Origin: Syntrophales bacterium
GTDB taxonomy: Bacteria; Desulfobacterota; Syntrophia; Syntrophales; UBA2210
Assembly (NCBI GenBank): GCA_963666365.2
Contig: CAXXNF010000002.1
Location: forward strand, 1,440,001-1,504,000
Direction: 5' to 3'
Length of the DNA: 64,000 bases
Part shown: piece by piece, positions 19,033-29,297 of the stretch
Numbering within the stretch: the stretch's first letter is position 1
Layout of the letters: each line of letters starts with the position of its first letter
Notes under the pieces: model-generated
What the model saw: only the letters and a program-made list of their open reading frames with translations
Database searches by the model: none
Told to the model about the DNA's origin: nothing
Program-made: the position numbers and the translations under genes

Positions 19033-19725
19033 TTAATGTCCCAGCCAGTGCAGTGCCCTCTCGACAATCCGTGAGTGGATCTCATCGGACGTGGTCTCCA
19101 TACACCGAGGCGTATGAAACGAATGGTCCGCCCCTTCGATTACCTCCAGATCCCATGATGCAGTCAGACACCCCAGCACTTCCTTAAGAACTCCAAGATC
19201 GCAGAGCGAATCCCGGGTTCCGGCAAAAAATAGCATGGGAATGCGAATGCGATAAAGGTGCGCGTCCCGCCTTTGCTCCCTTTTGCCAGGCGGATGAAGA
19301 GGATATCCGAACAATATGAGCCGCTCGGCCTCAAGCATGCCCTCCGCCGCCATTTCGGTGGCGACGCGCCCCCCCATGGACTTGCCGCCGGCAATGATCC
19401 TGTCGATCCTGCAGGCCGGGTCTTCCCTCAGGTAGCGACAGACACTCCGCCACGTGTCCATCAGCCGGATCTGCGAGTCGGGCGCCTTCTTCCCCCGTTC
19501 CCGATAGGGAAAATTGAATCGAATCGAAAGATAGCCTGCCCGGGCGAATCCCTCCGACAGGGCGACAATCAGCGGACTGTGCATATCGTTTCCCGCACCG
19601 TGGGCCACGGCAAAGGCAGATCCCACCCCCACCTTGAAATGCTCGGGTACGGCAAGCAAGGCCGACACGGGATCTCCCTTTTCAAGCGGAATCATGGCGC
19701 TTCGCGTAGTAAATTTCATATCCAT
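19033..19725 (-). CDS. Alpha/beta hydrolase (KANL3/Tex30-like)
   Basis: HGAG, GKSMGGR, GYPLHPPG, GTRD, ADHSF. Confidence 0.9.
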   Translation of the reverse strand: MDMKFTTRSAMIPLEKGDPVSALLAVPEHFKVGVGSAFAVAHGAGNDMHSPLIVALSEGFARAGYLSIRFNFPYRERGKKAPDSQIRLMDTWRSVCRYLREDPACRIDRIIAGGKSMGGRVATEMAAEGMLEAERLILFGYPLHPPGKREQRRDAHLYRIRIPMLFFAGTRDSLCDLGVLKEVLGCLTASWDLEVIEGADHSFHTPRCMETTSDEIHSRIVERALHWLGH

Positions 19726-19911
19726 GTCGCCCCTCCGTCATCAACGCCATACAAAAGGTTTGAACCATTTATTAAGGAGTGCCGATGCGAATCGCCCCTT
19801 CACAGTGCCCGCATGAACGGCCCCGCAAAGAAGCACCGTGGTCAACAGAATCTCAGAAACCAGGGGAAAAGTCAAACCGTTTGCTGCTCATTGATGTGTT
19901 ATGTGACTTCC

Positions 19912-20928
19912 CTACGCCCGATGGAGATCCAGGCCCATTTTTGCAAAGATCGGCGTCAGGAGCTCCATCGCCCGCCGTTGATGCGCCTTGACCGCCTCCT
20001 GGAAGCGGAACCAGTCGGTCTGTTCTTTGTCGATCCCCTCTTTCCAGAAATAGCGGTCCTTGATGAACGAAAATGATGAAGCGATTCCATGGTTCGCATC
20101 CTTCAGCCCCCGCACCTCGCAGTCAAGGGCTTCATCAAGCCAGCGATCCCGGTCGAAATCTCCAAGCCATGTGGCCTGATGCCGATAGGCATCCGCACGC
20201 AACGACGCACTCCGGTTGAAAAATCCCGAGGTCGATTTTCCCATGATCGTCCTGAGCGAGTTATTAAGCGTATCCCAAGAAACAGGAATTTCCTTTCCCT
20301 TCGTCTCGTTAAAGCGTCGGTATTTCTCGTAGAGCCTCACCGACGCCTGCAGGAAGCGCTCGTTGTTGTCCACATCTTCATTCACCAGACGGCAGTCCTT
20401 CCAGCGGTGGGCCACCCAGTCAGGATGATGTTCCCCATCGGCATGACCGATGTCGGGTTTGGGGTCAAGCCCCATATTGTTGAAGTAATCGTACCATCCG
20501 ACAAAATTCTGGTGGGCCCAGGTATCGGCATACATGTGCGAGGCAACGCCGATGCGATGCAGGCGAAAATCGTCGGCGGACCTGAATGCCTCGTCCATAA
20601 GCTTGTTCGCATACTCATTGTCGGGGGTGGTGTTGAGCAGATGCATCTTGCCGTCACGCCGGCAGGCTTCATCAGAGAAAGGATCGCCCGGCATGAAATG
20701 AAAAACGGGATAGATGCGCATCAGCGTACGCTTGGGCTTCAGGATATTCATCGTCTGTGAGATATACACGGTATAGACATCCTCCGTTCTACGATCTTCA
20801 ATGCAAAAGCCGACATCGTTCTCGTCGACATACTCTGAGGCGAAGGCGATGATCCGCGCCTCTGCCTCCGTAAAACCGGCAGCATGGGCCACAATCCCCG
20901 TGATGTAATAATGAAACTCAGTATCCAT
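19912..20928 (-). CDS. DUF6765-like conserved protein, possible metal-dependent hydrolase
   Basis: MDTEFHYYIT...AAGF, SEYVD, FHFMPG, HMYADTWAHQNF; AAAGGAGGAG RBS before ATG 20928. Confidence 0.65.
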   Translation of the reverse strand: MDTEFHYYITGIVAHAAGFTEAEARIIAFASEYVDENDVGFCIEDRRTEDVYTVYISQTMNILKPKRTLMRIYPVFHFMPGDPFSDEACRRDGKMHLLNTTPDNEYANKLMDEAFRSADDFRLHRIGVASHMYADTWAHQNFVGWYDYFNNMGLDPKPDIGHADGEHHPDWVAHRWKDCRLVNEDVDNNERFLQASVRLYEKYRRFNETKGKEIPVSWDTLNNSLRTIMGKSTSGFFNRSASLRADAYRHQATWLGDFDRDRWLDEALDCEVRGLKDANHGIASSFSFIKDRYFWKEGIDKEQTDWFRFQEAVKAHQRRAMELLTPIFAKMGLDLHRA

Positions 20929-21206
20929 CAACACACTCCTCCTTTGGACAGTAATCGGCCGTTGCCGACGCAAACGGCGCTTCTCTTTCCTGTGCACGGT
21001 CTGAAGGCGTGCAGTTCAGTGTCGGTGAGGCTTATGTATACTGGTATCGGTCACGAAGTTGATGCCGGGGGTCCAAGTCGGCGGCGGATGCGGAATAGTG
21101 CCGCCATTCTAATTTGATTTTTCTTTTATGGCAATGAAATGTTATTATTGCCGCGCACTATTAAGGCACAGGCTTTTTTTTATTACCACAAAAAGAGGAG
21201 GCATCT

Positions 21207-22001
21207 ATGCGTACAATTAAAATATCTTTAATTATTTCGGCATATTTATGCAGCATCATGTTATTCCTGCCCTTTTCCGCCGGAGCTGACGACGGCAGGG
21301 ACGCTCCTTCCGCAAAAGTCTGCCGGGCCATCCAGGACCGCCTCGACGATCTGACGAATACCATCGATCGCCTTTCCGTCGCTATGGCGGGAAAGCCCCT
21401 TCAAGGCGAAGAGACGCAGCGGCTTCTGTTGCAGACCTACGAATCGGATCGGGCATTCTTTTCCGTAGTCACGATTGATCGGAATCTAACACTGGCCGCC
21501 GTGGCGCCTGAGTGTTTTCATCGTGCCATCGGGCAGAGAACAGGAAGCCCGCAGTCGGTAAAAAAGGCTTTCGAAAGCGGCCGCGTAGAATTGAGCGACT
21601 CCTTTACCGCCGCAGAGGGATTCTCTTCCTGCGCTCTCAACAAGGCTATCAAAAGGGGACAGGGGCTGGTATCAGCCACCTTCAATCCCTCCGATGTCTT
21701 CGCAAATGCCATCCCCGCCGAGTTCAAACTGGCCGTCTTCATCCTGAGAGCAGAGGACGGGGTGATGGAATTCAGCAATCATGCGGAAAACATGAACCGA
21801 TCCGTGCTGAGCGACCCGAAATTCGACAGACACTATGCGGATTTTCAACGGCTCTGCCGCAGCATTCTCAAAGAAAAGAAGGGAACCGGCGCCTATCACT
21901 ACAAAAAATTTCCCACCACCGACATCGTATTGAAAACCTGCTCATGGGATACGGTCGCCTGCGGCCGGCGCTTCTGGCGGGTGGTCCAGTTTCACGAATA
22001 G
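21207..22001 (+). CDS. Secreted stand-alone Cache-like domain protein
   Basis: Signal peptide ending SAGA; LSDSFTAAEG and GTGAYHY...W.V PDC/Cache-like pattern; GAGGAGG RBS. Confidence 0.55.
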   Translation: MRTIKISLIISAYLCSIMLFLPFSAGADDGRDAPSAKVCRAIQDRLDDLTNTIDRLSVAMAGKPLQGEETQRLLLQTYESDRAFFSVVTIDRNLTLAAVAPECFHRAIGQRTGSPQSVKKAFESGRVELSDSFTAAEGFSSCALNKAIKRGQGLVSATFNPSDVFANAIPAEFKLAVFILRAEDGVMEFSNHAENMNRSVLSDPKFDRHYADFQRLCRSILKEKKGTGAYHYKKFPTTDIVLKTCSWDTVACGRRFWRVVQFHE

Positions 22002-22106
22002 GGACACTTCCCTATTTAAAAGCGTTTAGAACATTTAGACAACAACGATCTCAACGTTACTAACGTTACTAACAATCCTAACGTTTAAGCAGGGGGAGTG
22101 TCCCTG
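21997..22106. repeat. REPIN-like element A (inverted REP pair around a 9-mer array)
   Basis: AATAGGGACACTTCCCTATT ... degenerate CAGGGGGAGTGTCCCTG; interior AACGTTACT-type units; homologous to 62107-62245 in reverse. Confidence 0.8.
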
Positions 22107-22123
22107 TGATGAAAGGAACATCC

Positions 22124-22573
22124 ATGCACCAGGGCTTCTATTTTGAAGAGTTTTCATTGGGAGACACGTTCAGAACCGAAGGAAGAACTGTCACCGAATC
22201 GGATCTGGTCGAGTTCGTCACCCGGCACACCTACAGCGAACCCCTTTTTATGGACCGGGAGTACATCGAGAAGGAAACCCAATTTGAAGGGCCCATCGCG
22301 CCTGCCCTCATGACCGTGTCCATGGCCGACGGGCTTTCAATCCTCTCGGGCATTATCCACAAGACGGGAATGGCCTTTCTCTGGATGGAAATGGACGTAA
22401 AGGCCCCCGTCTTCATCGGGGACACCATCCACGTCGAGATAGAGGTCATTGAGAAACGGGAAACCCAAAAACCGGATCGCGGTATCATCAACTTCCGCCA
22501 CCGCGTACTGAACCAGAAAGGGGAACTGGTGATGGAATACTGCGTAAAAAGAATGATCCGCCGCAAAAAATAG
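22124..22573 (+). CDS. MaoC-like hotdog dehydratase
   Basis: YFEEFSLG, RTVTESD, PLFMDREY, PVFIGDTI, NQKGELV. Confidence 0.9.
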   Translation: MHQGFYFEEFSLGDTFRTEGRTVTESDLVEFVTRHTYSEPLFMDREYIEKETQFEGPIAPALMTVSMADGLSILSGIIHKTGMAFLWMEMDVKAPVFIGDTIHVEIEVIEKRETQKPDRGIINFRHRVLNQKGELVMEYCVKRMIRRKK

Positions 22574-22662
22574 GGACACTTCCCTATTTTTGGTCCGTAA
22601 AAAGCTGATATAAAAAAGGAAATATGGATCTCCCGCAAAATAAATAGGGAAGTGTCCCTATT
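22569..22662. repeat. REPIN-like element B (94 bp)
   Basis: Perfect 20-bp terminal inverted repeats AATAGGGACACTTCCCTATT / AATAGGGAAGTGTCCCTATT. Confidence 0.9.
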
Positions 22663-24959
22663 TATCGAAGGCCGGCTACGTCCTGCAGGATGTAGACAAT
22701 ATCCGCCAGGCCGACTTTTCCATCGCCGTTCACGTCGCCGGCGGGAGAGGGCCTCTCTGCCGATATCCCCACAATATACTTGAACGCCAAGAGGGCATCC
22801 CCCAGTTCGAGGCGAAGATTCCCGTTTACATCGCCCCGCGGAGGCGAGAAGACCACGATGCCCGCATCGACAACCCCCAGACCTCCGGAGAAATAAATCA
22901 CCCCTTTAGCGTCAACGGTCATTTGGGTCTCGTCAAGTGTGGTCACCGGTTCAGGCGCGCCGGTAAGATCCACATCCGCCGGCACCCTGCTGTTGGCAAA
23001 GCGCAGATGCCTTCGATCGAAGGCACTGGTATCGGTCATGGTCGCCCAGGTGTTGCTGTCAGGCACATATCTCTGCTTTGCCGCATTCCAGATGTCGCCG
23101 TTATCGTCCTGATATATTCGGTACCCGCCTGAATAGCCGAATGCATCCTGGTTCTTGAACTGAAACCACTGAGGGTCTCCCCCCTCCGGGTCCTTTTTCA
23201 TCAGGGCGATCCCATTCCAGGTCATGAACCACACATTGCCGCTATCGTCCATAAGCACACCGTCAACCCGATAATCGGGAAAGCGTTCCGTATCGGACGA
23301 GTCATACCAGATCCACGAACTGTTGCCGGGATCGAGGTAATAGACGCCAAAGGCGCCGTGAAACCATTTTCCGTCTTCCGGGTCTGCATAGGCGCCGTAA
23401 TAATAGTAACTGGTATATGAGGCTTCCGGCAGATCGATCCACTGCTCGGCATTGACGTCATAGGCTGCGGGGGGGGCGTTCTGGGGAGCAAAATAGATCC
23501 GGTTTTTCGAATCCACGGTCACCCCGGCAAAGCCAAAGCTGCCGAACGATCCGCCTCCTGTCTGGCGAAATTGCTGCCAGGTTCCGTCCGATTTGAGCCG
23601 TGCGATACTGGGATCGTCATAGGCAGGAAACCAGACGCCGCCGCTTCTGTCGGCGGCAATGAAATCGTACCGGTTGCTGGTGAGGGTGGTACTGTCTTCC
23701 CGAAAAGTGTGGTGGGCGATCTGTGCAAGCTGCGGTTGTCCCTGATCGTTCACCGGAAGGTAGTGCACCCCCGTTCCGTTCCCCGTGATGCCGGGCGTAT
23801 AGGCCGTGGTGAACCAGAGCCCGTCTTCTGTTGCCGCCATGCCCGGAATCTGTTCGCTCTGCAATCCCAGATCGGCCGCCCGGTAACGGAACCACTGGCC
23901 GCTCTCCGCCCCTGGAACGTACCGCAGCAGCCCGCCATTCTGGCTGTAAAACCCCCCGAACCAGACCGATCCGTCGCCGGAGGCCTCGATGCTGCTCACT
24001 CTACTGTCGGACATTCCTATTTCCGCGTTCAAATCGTACTTAATCCATTCACCTGCGGCAGTGCAGCAATAGATCCCGTATGACACATAGCTTCCGGAGC
24101 CGACCCATATGTTGCCCCCGGCATCTTCCTCGATGTAGGACAGGGGGCTCGCACCAGGCACATCGGGATCTTCTGTGTCATTGTACACGTAGACCGTGTT
24201 GACAAGACTGGTCCCCATGGCGAGCCCGTATCCATCGGTCACCCAGTAGCGCCCCCGGCTGTCGATGAGGGCATCGCTGATAAAATAGTTGTTGTAGGGA
24301 AGGTATACTTGGCGGCTTTCGGCCACGGAAAGCGACGAGTCGATGCGAATGATCCCCCGGGCCGAAATAAGCAGTACGTCCTGCGTACCGCCCCCTTTTT
24401 CGATCAGGCGGATGCGATGCACGCTGTCCACGTTGGTCGTGTCGGTGCCCGGTGACAGATCGCTCGTATCCTGCATGGTAAAGGTCAGCATCGATCCGTC
24501 AGGCTTCTCGCACAGGACCTGACGATTTGCGAGGCCGTACCAGACATTTCCCTGCGCATCCTTCAGAGCGCATCGCACTGCGGTAACCAGCTCCGGCTTT
24601 TCCACCACCGTAAGGTAGTCCTTGCCTACGGCGTTATTCCTTTGACTGTTCGTGATGTACCGGAATGTGCCCGCAGGATCGTCCGGTGCGTGGTACCACA
24701 CGCCGGGATCGTACTCGCTCCCCTCGACAGCGCTCACCCATAGCCCACCCTCGGCATCGACCGTCACATCGCTGGGCCGGTAGGGTACATTATTGGTGCG
24801 AAGTCGGTACCAGCCTTCGAACTGCACGGGTTGTGCATGGGCACTCTGTAGGCCTGTCCCGACCCCCATGAATAGGCTCAGGCAGATCAAGGCACAAGAA
24901 ACAACCCTTCTCGTCACTGTCCCCCGGCCACAACAGCGCTTTTCAATGAAATACTGCAT
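22662..24959 (-). CDS. Secreted beta-propeller (two-component-regulator-propeller-like) protein with C-terminal dockerin-like domain
   Basis: Signal peptide ...SAHA; repeated D.xG.xW blades; two GDVNG..(L/V)GL.D dockerin-like repeats ending YILQDVAGLR. Confidence 0.8.
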   Translation of the reverse strand: MQYFIEKRCCGRGTVTRRVVSCALICLSLFMGVGTGLQSAHAQPVQFEGWYRLRTNNVPYRPSDVTVDAEGGLWVSAVEGSEYDPGVWYHAPDDPAGTFRYITNSQRNNAVGKDYLTVVEKPELVTAVRCALKDAQGNVWYGLANRQVLCEKPDGSMLTFTMQDTSDLSPGTDTTNVDSVHRIRLIEKGGGTQDVLLISARGIIRIDSSLSVAESRQVYLPYNNYFISDALIDSRGRYWVTDGYGLAMGTSLVNTVYVYNDTEDPDVPGASPLSYIEEDAGGNIWVGSGSYVSYGIYCCTAAGEWIKYDLNAEIGMSDSRVSSIEASGDGSVWFGGFYSQNGGLLRYVPGAESGQWFRYRAADLGLQSEQIPGMAATEDGLWFTTAYTPGITGNGTGVHYLPVNDQGQPQLAQIAHHTFREDSTTLTSNRYDFIAADRSGGVWFPAYDDPSIARLKSDGTWQQFRQTGGGSFGSFGFAGVTVDSKNRIYFAPQNAPPAAYDVNAEQWIDLPEASYTSYYYYGAYADPEDGKWFHGAFGVYYLDPGNSSWIWYDSSDTERFPDYRVDGVLMDDSGNVWFMTWNGIALMKKDPEGGDPQWFQFKNQDAFGYSGGYRIYQDDNGDIWNAAKQRYVPDSNTWATMTDTSAFDRRHLRFANSRVPADVDLTGAPEPVTTLDETQMTVDAKGVIYFSGGLGVVDAGIVVFSPPRGDVNGNLRLELGDALLAFKYIVGISAERPSPAGDVNGDGKVGLADIVYILQDVAGLR

Positions 24960-25067
24960 GGCGACCCCCACTTTTTATACGGTGTAAGTTACCAAAAAAA
25001 CTTTTACATTTCGACAATTACCTGTTTAAATATGGTGATGATATTGTGAGAAGTCAAGAAGAAAAAA

Positions 25068-25161
25068 AATAGGGACACTTCCCTATTTTTTTCGCAGGAG
25101 ATCCGAATTTCCTTATTTATATCATAGTCTTACAAACCAAAAATAGGGAAGTGTCCCTATT
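25068..25161. repeat. REPIN-like element C (94 bp), inverted homolog of B
   Basis: Same 20-bp TIRs; interior GCAGGAGATCCGAATTTCCTTATTTATATCA matches the reverse complement of the B interior. Confidence 0.9.
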
Positions 25162-26014
25162 TCAGGTATGAGGCGAGGGCGTCGGCGTAATAAAGGGCGT
25201 CCTCGTATCCCTGGTCGTAGGCCCCATAGAGCTTTTGCTGGTTGCGTTCAATGCGTCCCGCCGCGACTGGCCGCCTCGGTCTGATGACGAATACTTCGTT
25301 CCGTTCTTCCATTTCTTCGATTACGTCCATTGTCTCATTGTAACGGATGAATCGCGTTGCCACGTTTTTGCAGAGACCGGGGAATCGTCCGTACCGTAGG
25401 CGGGTGATTTTTTCGGCAAGGGGCGATCTCTTTTTGCGGTAGCCCCTGGGCCGGGTAAGCACGAGTACATGCCTTGTGTTCCCGTCATCGATGCTTTTCC
25501 TTATGGGGACGGAATCCGCCAGACCTCCGTCCATCAAAACCCTGCCGTCGTAACGGACCGGATGCGCCAGGAAGGGAAGACTGCTCGATGCCTGAAGGAC
25601 CGTCATATAATCGAGTCCGAGTCCGTCTTTTTCATAGTAGAGGGCCTCTCCCGTGCGGCAGTCCGACACCACGGTCACGCACCGCTGGTCGCTCGTAAAA
25701 AAGGCCCCGAAATCAAAGGGTACCAGTGAGTAGGGGATCGTATGGAAGATAAAGTGCATGCCGAAAAGCTCGCCCCTGAAGAGAAGCCGCAGATAGCTGA
25801 AATACCGCCGGTCGTTGACGTAACGAATATTGACGATGCGGTTTCTCCCCTGCTGGCGCGATACATAACTCGCCGCATTGCAGGCGCCCATGGAAACGCC
25901 GATGACATAGGGAAAATAGAGATTGTTCTCCATGAAATAGTGGAGCACTCCCGATGTGAACACCCCTCGAAGTCCCCCTCCTTCCAGAATCAGTGCCGTT
26001 CTCTGCAGGTCCAT
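25157..26014 (-). CDS. Patatin-family phospholipase
   Basis: GGGLRG, GVSMG, DGG. Confidence 0.93.
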   Translation of the reverse strand: MDLQRTALILEGGGLRGVFTSGVLHYFMENNLYFPYVIGVSMGACNAASYVSRQQGRNRIVNIRYVNDRRYFSYLRLLFRGELFGMHFIFHTIPYSLVPFDFGAFFTSDQRCVTVVSDCRTGEALYYEKDGLGLDYMTVLQASSSLPFLAHPVRYDGRVLMDGGLADSVPIRKSIDDGNTRHVLVLTRPRGYRKKRSPLAEKITRLRYGRFPGLCKNVATRFIRYNETMDVIEEMEERNEVFVIRPRRPVAAGRIERNQQKLYGAYDQGYEDALYYADALASYLK

Positions 26015-26031
26015 GCCCGTTCTCTCTCATT

Positions 26032-27639
26032 TTAATTATATTCCCTGGTCTTGAGAAAGGTCACATCGGGCCAGGCTTCCATGCAGCGGTCGAGCCGCCA
26101 TTCGCTGGTGGCAAGATAGGCAAGATGTCCCTCTCCATCAAGGGCAACCATGGTGGTGTTGTCCGCCTCGAACTCCTTGAGACGGGTTCGATCACGGCAG
26201 TCGACCCATCGGGCCATCACGTACCGCACCGGTTCGTACACCGTTTCGGCCCCGTATTCGGCCTTCAGGCGTTCCGCAGTCACATCAAACTGAAGGGCAC
26301 CGACGGCCCCCACTATGTAATCGCTGTTGCCCAGAAGACGAAACACCTGAACGGCCCCTTCCTCGGCAAGCTGTACCAGGCCTTTTTGAAGTTGCTTCGT
26401 CTTCATGGGATTTTTCAGGCGGATTTTTCGAAAATGCTCCGGTGCGAAACTGGGAATACCGGTAAATTTCATGGCTTCCCCTTCGGTGAAGGTATCGCCT
26501 ATCTTTATGGTGCCGTGATTGTGAATGCCGATGATATCCCCGGGATATGCCTCGTCCACGTTGGTCCGGTCCTGGGACATGAAGATCGTGGCATTTGCAA
26601 TGGTAATTTCCTTCCCGATCCGGTGGTGGACCACCTTCATCCCCCGGCTGAAGGTTCCCGAGCAGACCCGCAGAAAGGCGATGCGATCACGATGGGCGGG
26701 ATCCATGTTCGCCTGAATTTTGAAGACAAATCCCGAAAAGGCCTCTTCGTGGGGCGACACGGTTCTCGTCAGGGTGGCTCTCTCCATCGGCCCGGGCGCC
26801 ATCTCCACAAAGGCATCGAGCAGTTCCCGCACTCCGAAATTATTGACGGCGCTCCCGAAAAACAGAGGGGTTTGATTGCCTTTCAGATACTGTGCGATCT
26901 CAAAGGGGTTTGTGGCCCCTTCCAGAAGCGCCATATCGCTCCTCAGCTCATCAGCCTGACTGCCCAGCAACTGATCGAGGCGAGGGTCGGCAAGATCCTT
27001 TATCCTGATACCCTCACGGGGGTGGGTATTTTCTCCGGGCGTAAAAATATGCATCTCCCGAAGATACCGGTTGTAAACTCCCTTGAAGGCCTTTCCCATA
27101 CCCACGGGCCATGAAAGGGGAACGCATTCAATCTGCAGTTTGTCTTCAATGTCGGCGATAAGATCCAGCGGGAAAAGACCGTCCCGGTCCAGTTTATTGA
27201 TAAAGGTGATAATGGGGGTATTGCGCATGCGGCAGACTTCCATGAGCTTTTCCGTTTGAGGTTCCACCCCCTTGCCGCTGTCGATTACCATGAGGGCGCT
27301 GTCGACGGCGGTGAGCACCCGGTAGGTGTCTTCCGAAAAATCCTGGTGGCCCGGCGTGTCGAGCAGGTTGATCTCATAGTTCCGGTAATTGAATTTCATT
27401 ACCGAACTGGTCACCGAGATGCCCCGCTCCTTTTCTATGCTCATCCAGTCGCTGGTCGCATGCCGGGCGGCCTTTCGCGCCCTTACGGCGCCAGCCTGCT
27501 GAATGGCGCCGCCGAAGAGCAGCAGCTTTTCGGTCAATGTCGTTTTCCCGGCATCGGGATGGCTGATAATCCCGAAGGTGCGCCGCCGGCTCACTTCGCT
27601 CTGGTGGTGCCTGTTCACGTACACAATCCCCATACACAA
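26032..27639 (-). CDS. prfC: Peptide chain release factor 3
   Basis: [35 protein letters not shown]; start may be GTG 27618. Confidence 0.98.
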   Translation of the reverse strand: MCMGIVYVNRHHQSEVSRRRTFGIISHPDAGKTTLTEKLLLFGGAIQQAGAVRARKAARHATSDWMSIEKERGISVTSSVMKFNYRNYEINLLDTPGHQDFSEDTYRVLTAVDSALMVIDSGKGVEPQTEKLMEVCRMRNTPIITFINKLDRDGLFPLDLIADIEDKLQIECVPLSWPVGMGKAFKGVYNRYLREMHIFTPGENTHPREGIRIKDLADPRLDQLLGSQADELRSDMALLEGATNPFEIAQYLKGNQTPLFFGSAVNNFGVRELLDAFVEMAPGPMERATLTRTVSPHEEAFSGFVFKIQANMDPAHRDRIAFLRVCSGTFSRGMKVVHHRIGKEITIANATIFMSQDRTNVDEAYPGDIIGIHNHGTIKIGDTFTEGEAMKFTGIPSFAPEHFRKIRLKNPMKTKQLQKGLVQLAEEGAVQVFRLLGNSDYIVGAVGALQFDVTAERLKAEYGAETVYEPVRYVMARWVDCRDRTRLKEFEADNTTMVALDGEGHLAYLATSEWRLDRCMEAWPDVTFLKTREYN

Positions 27640-27817
27640 TAATCTTCTCTATGCTCTTCCCGACAGCAGAAACGGTGACACAGGGAAAGCGCGCTTTTTC
27701 GAGGCACGCGCACACGGATGCAGTCGGAAAAAGAAAAGAGCCCTTACCATACCAGGCGAGAATTGTATAGACATTTTTCATGCGCGGTCAGGGTATCCCC
27801 CTTATATCCGCGTCACT

Positions 27818-28387
27818 TCACAGGAATTCCAGTCGATACTGCCGAAGCTCCTGTCGAAGTTTCACCACATCGCCCACATACTGCTCCAGCTCCCGCCAGA
27901 ACTCGACCCCGTGATGCTTCAGACGGGTGTGCACCAGTTCATGGAGGATAACATAATCGACAAGCCGTCCAGGCAGGCGCGCCAGCTTCTCGTTGAGACT
28001 GATAGTATTCCTCGCCGAACAACTTCCCCACCGGGTTTTCTGCGTGCGGATCGTCACCGCGCCATAGTGAAATCCATGCATCCCTGCGAGCGCAGTGAGT
28101 CGCTTGCGCAGCAGCGCCTTCGCCGCATCCCCCGACATCACTTTACACTCCGCCGCACGCGCTTCGCCGCACCTTCGCACCAGGCACGACTTCCGGCGTT
28201 GCCGGTCGATCCAGTCCGTTTTTTCCCGCAGAAAACGTTCCGCCTGACGGATCGAACCCTTCGGAGGAATGGTCACCCTCACCTCTCCCGTCACCGTCAC
28301 CGAAATAGAGAGGCGCCGCGCCCGGGCGCTCTTTCGGAGCCGCACCACGCCTATTTCCGGAATATTCACTATCGTTGATTCTTTCAT
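27818..28387 (-). CDS. YgjP/DUF45 (SprT/M48-like) metallopeptidase-fold protein
   Basis: QKTRWGSCS, DYVILHELVH, HHGVEFW. Confidence 0.9.
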   Translation of the reverse strand: MKESTIVNIPEIGVVRLRKSARARRLSISVTVTGEVRVTIPPKGSIRQAERFLREKTDWIDRQRRKSCLVRRCGEARAAECKVMSGDAAKALLRKRLTALAGMHGFHYGAVTIRTQKTRWGSCSARNTISLNEKLARLPGRLVDYVILHELVHTRLKHHGVEFWRELEQYVGDVVKLRQELRQYRLEFL

Positions 28388-28488
28388 ACTCGCTTCCGGT
28401 GGGGAATTGTGCCATAAAATTATTTTTTAGGGAACACATAAAAAAGAACAAATTTTCGCGCAGAGTCGCAGGGACCAAACAGATTTAT

Positions 28489-28566
28489 CCCGTGAAATGC
28501 GAAGCCTATTTCACCGGGACCAAACAGACCAGACAGACCAAACAGACCAGACAGACCAGACAGACC
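28489..28566. repeat. Palindrome CCCGTGAAAT...ATTTCACCGGG followed by 5 copies of 9-mer ACCA(A/G)ACAG
   Basis: Directly visible; 9-mer identical to the array at 39503-39646. Confidence 0.85.
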
Positions 28567-28640
28567 TTGACGGCATCGTCAATTCGTGTCACATTCCCAA
28601 GCATTGCCTTATACATGCCACAAGACGGGGCCTTTTCACA

Positions 28641-28991
28641 ATGGACGTGGGACCACGGATAAAGAGGGAACTGCACACGGTTGAAACCATGATCGGCATC
28701 AGTTGCCGTGACTGGCATCACCCCGATGAAGGCACCCTGTGCGATGAATGCCGCATCCTGCTTACCTATGCAACGACCCGGTTGACGCGATGCCCCTTTC
28801 AGGAAGACAAGACGACCTGCGCTCAATGCCCCGTGCACTGTTACAAGAAAGACATGCGGGAAAAAATGCGGACCGTCATGCGCTATGCCGGCCCAAAGAT
28901 GCTCTTCCGCCACCCGCTGATGGCGGCGCGTCACATGCTCGATGGCCTGAGGAAAGAACCGGTTTCGAAAATAGAGCCGCCGGAGTATTGA
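28641..28991 (+). CDS. YgbA / nitrous oxide-stimulated promoter family protein
   Basis: RIKRE..TV..MI, LCDEC, CPFQEDKTTCAQCPVHCY, VMRYAGPKMLFRHP. Confidence 0.9.
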   Translation: MDVGPRIKRELHTVETMIGISCRDWHHPDEGTLCDECRILLTYATTRLTRCPFQEDKTTCAQCPVHCYKKDMREKMRTVMRYAGPKMLFRHPLMAARHMLDGLRKEPVSKIEPPEY

Positions 28992-29083
28992 CAATGTCGT
29001 AAAAAACTGCTCTATGCCGACCGGTCGGCATTATAATGGAACGTAACTCATATTTACGTGAGCAGCGTACCGAAAAAACCAGG

Positions 29084-29262
29084 GTTTCGCGCAGAGGCGC
29101 AGGGGCGCTGAGGAAAAGAAAAAAGAAAAAATAAATAGGCTTTCTCTGCGAGCTCAGCGGCTCTGCGGGAAAACAAAAAAACATGCTCGCGCAGGGGCGC
29201 AGAGAACGCAGGTTATTTATAAGATATAACAAGGCTTTCTTAGCGAGCTCCGCGTCTGCGGC
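29084..29262. repeat. Cluster of CGCAG(A/G)G-type palindromic intergenic repeats
   Basis: TTTCGCGCAGAGGCGCAGGGGCGCTGAG pairs with CTCTGCGAGCTCAGCGGCTCTGCGGGAAA; second looser pair 29186-29262; fragment also at 28454-28473. Confidence 0.7.
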
Positions 29263-29297
29263 AGCAAATGAAACAGTCGCTTAATAGTCAAATCGGC

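Noticed and set aside
21997..25161. AATAGGGACACTTCCCTATT copies as CRISPR repeats or integron attC sites
   Set aside because: Copies alternate in orientation as inverted pairs, interiors are homologous rather than unique, ends lack RYYYAAC/GTTRRRY, and no integrase is present
28497..28640. N-terminal DQT-repeat extension of the YgbA-like protein
   Set aside because: Derived from the 9-mer array; family similarity begins at ATG 28641
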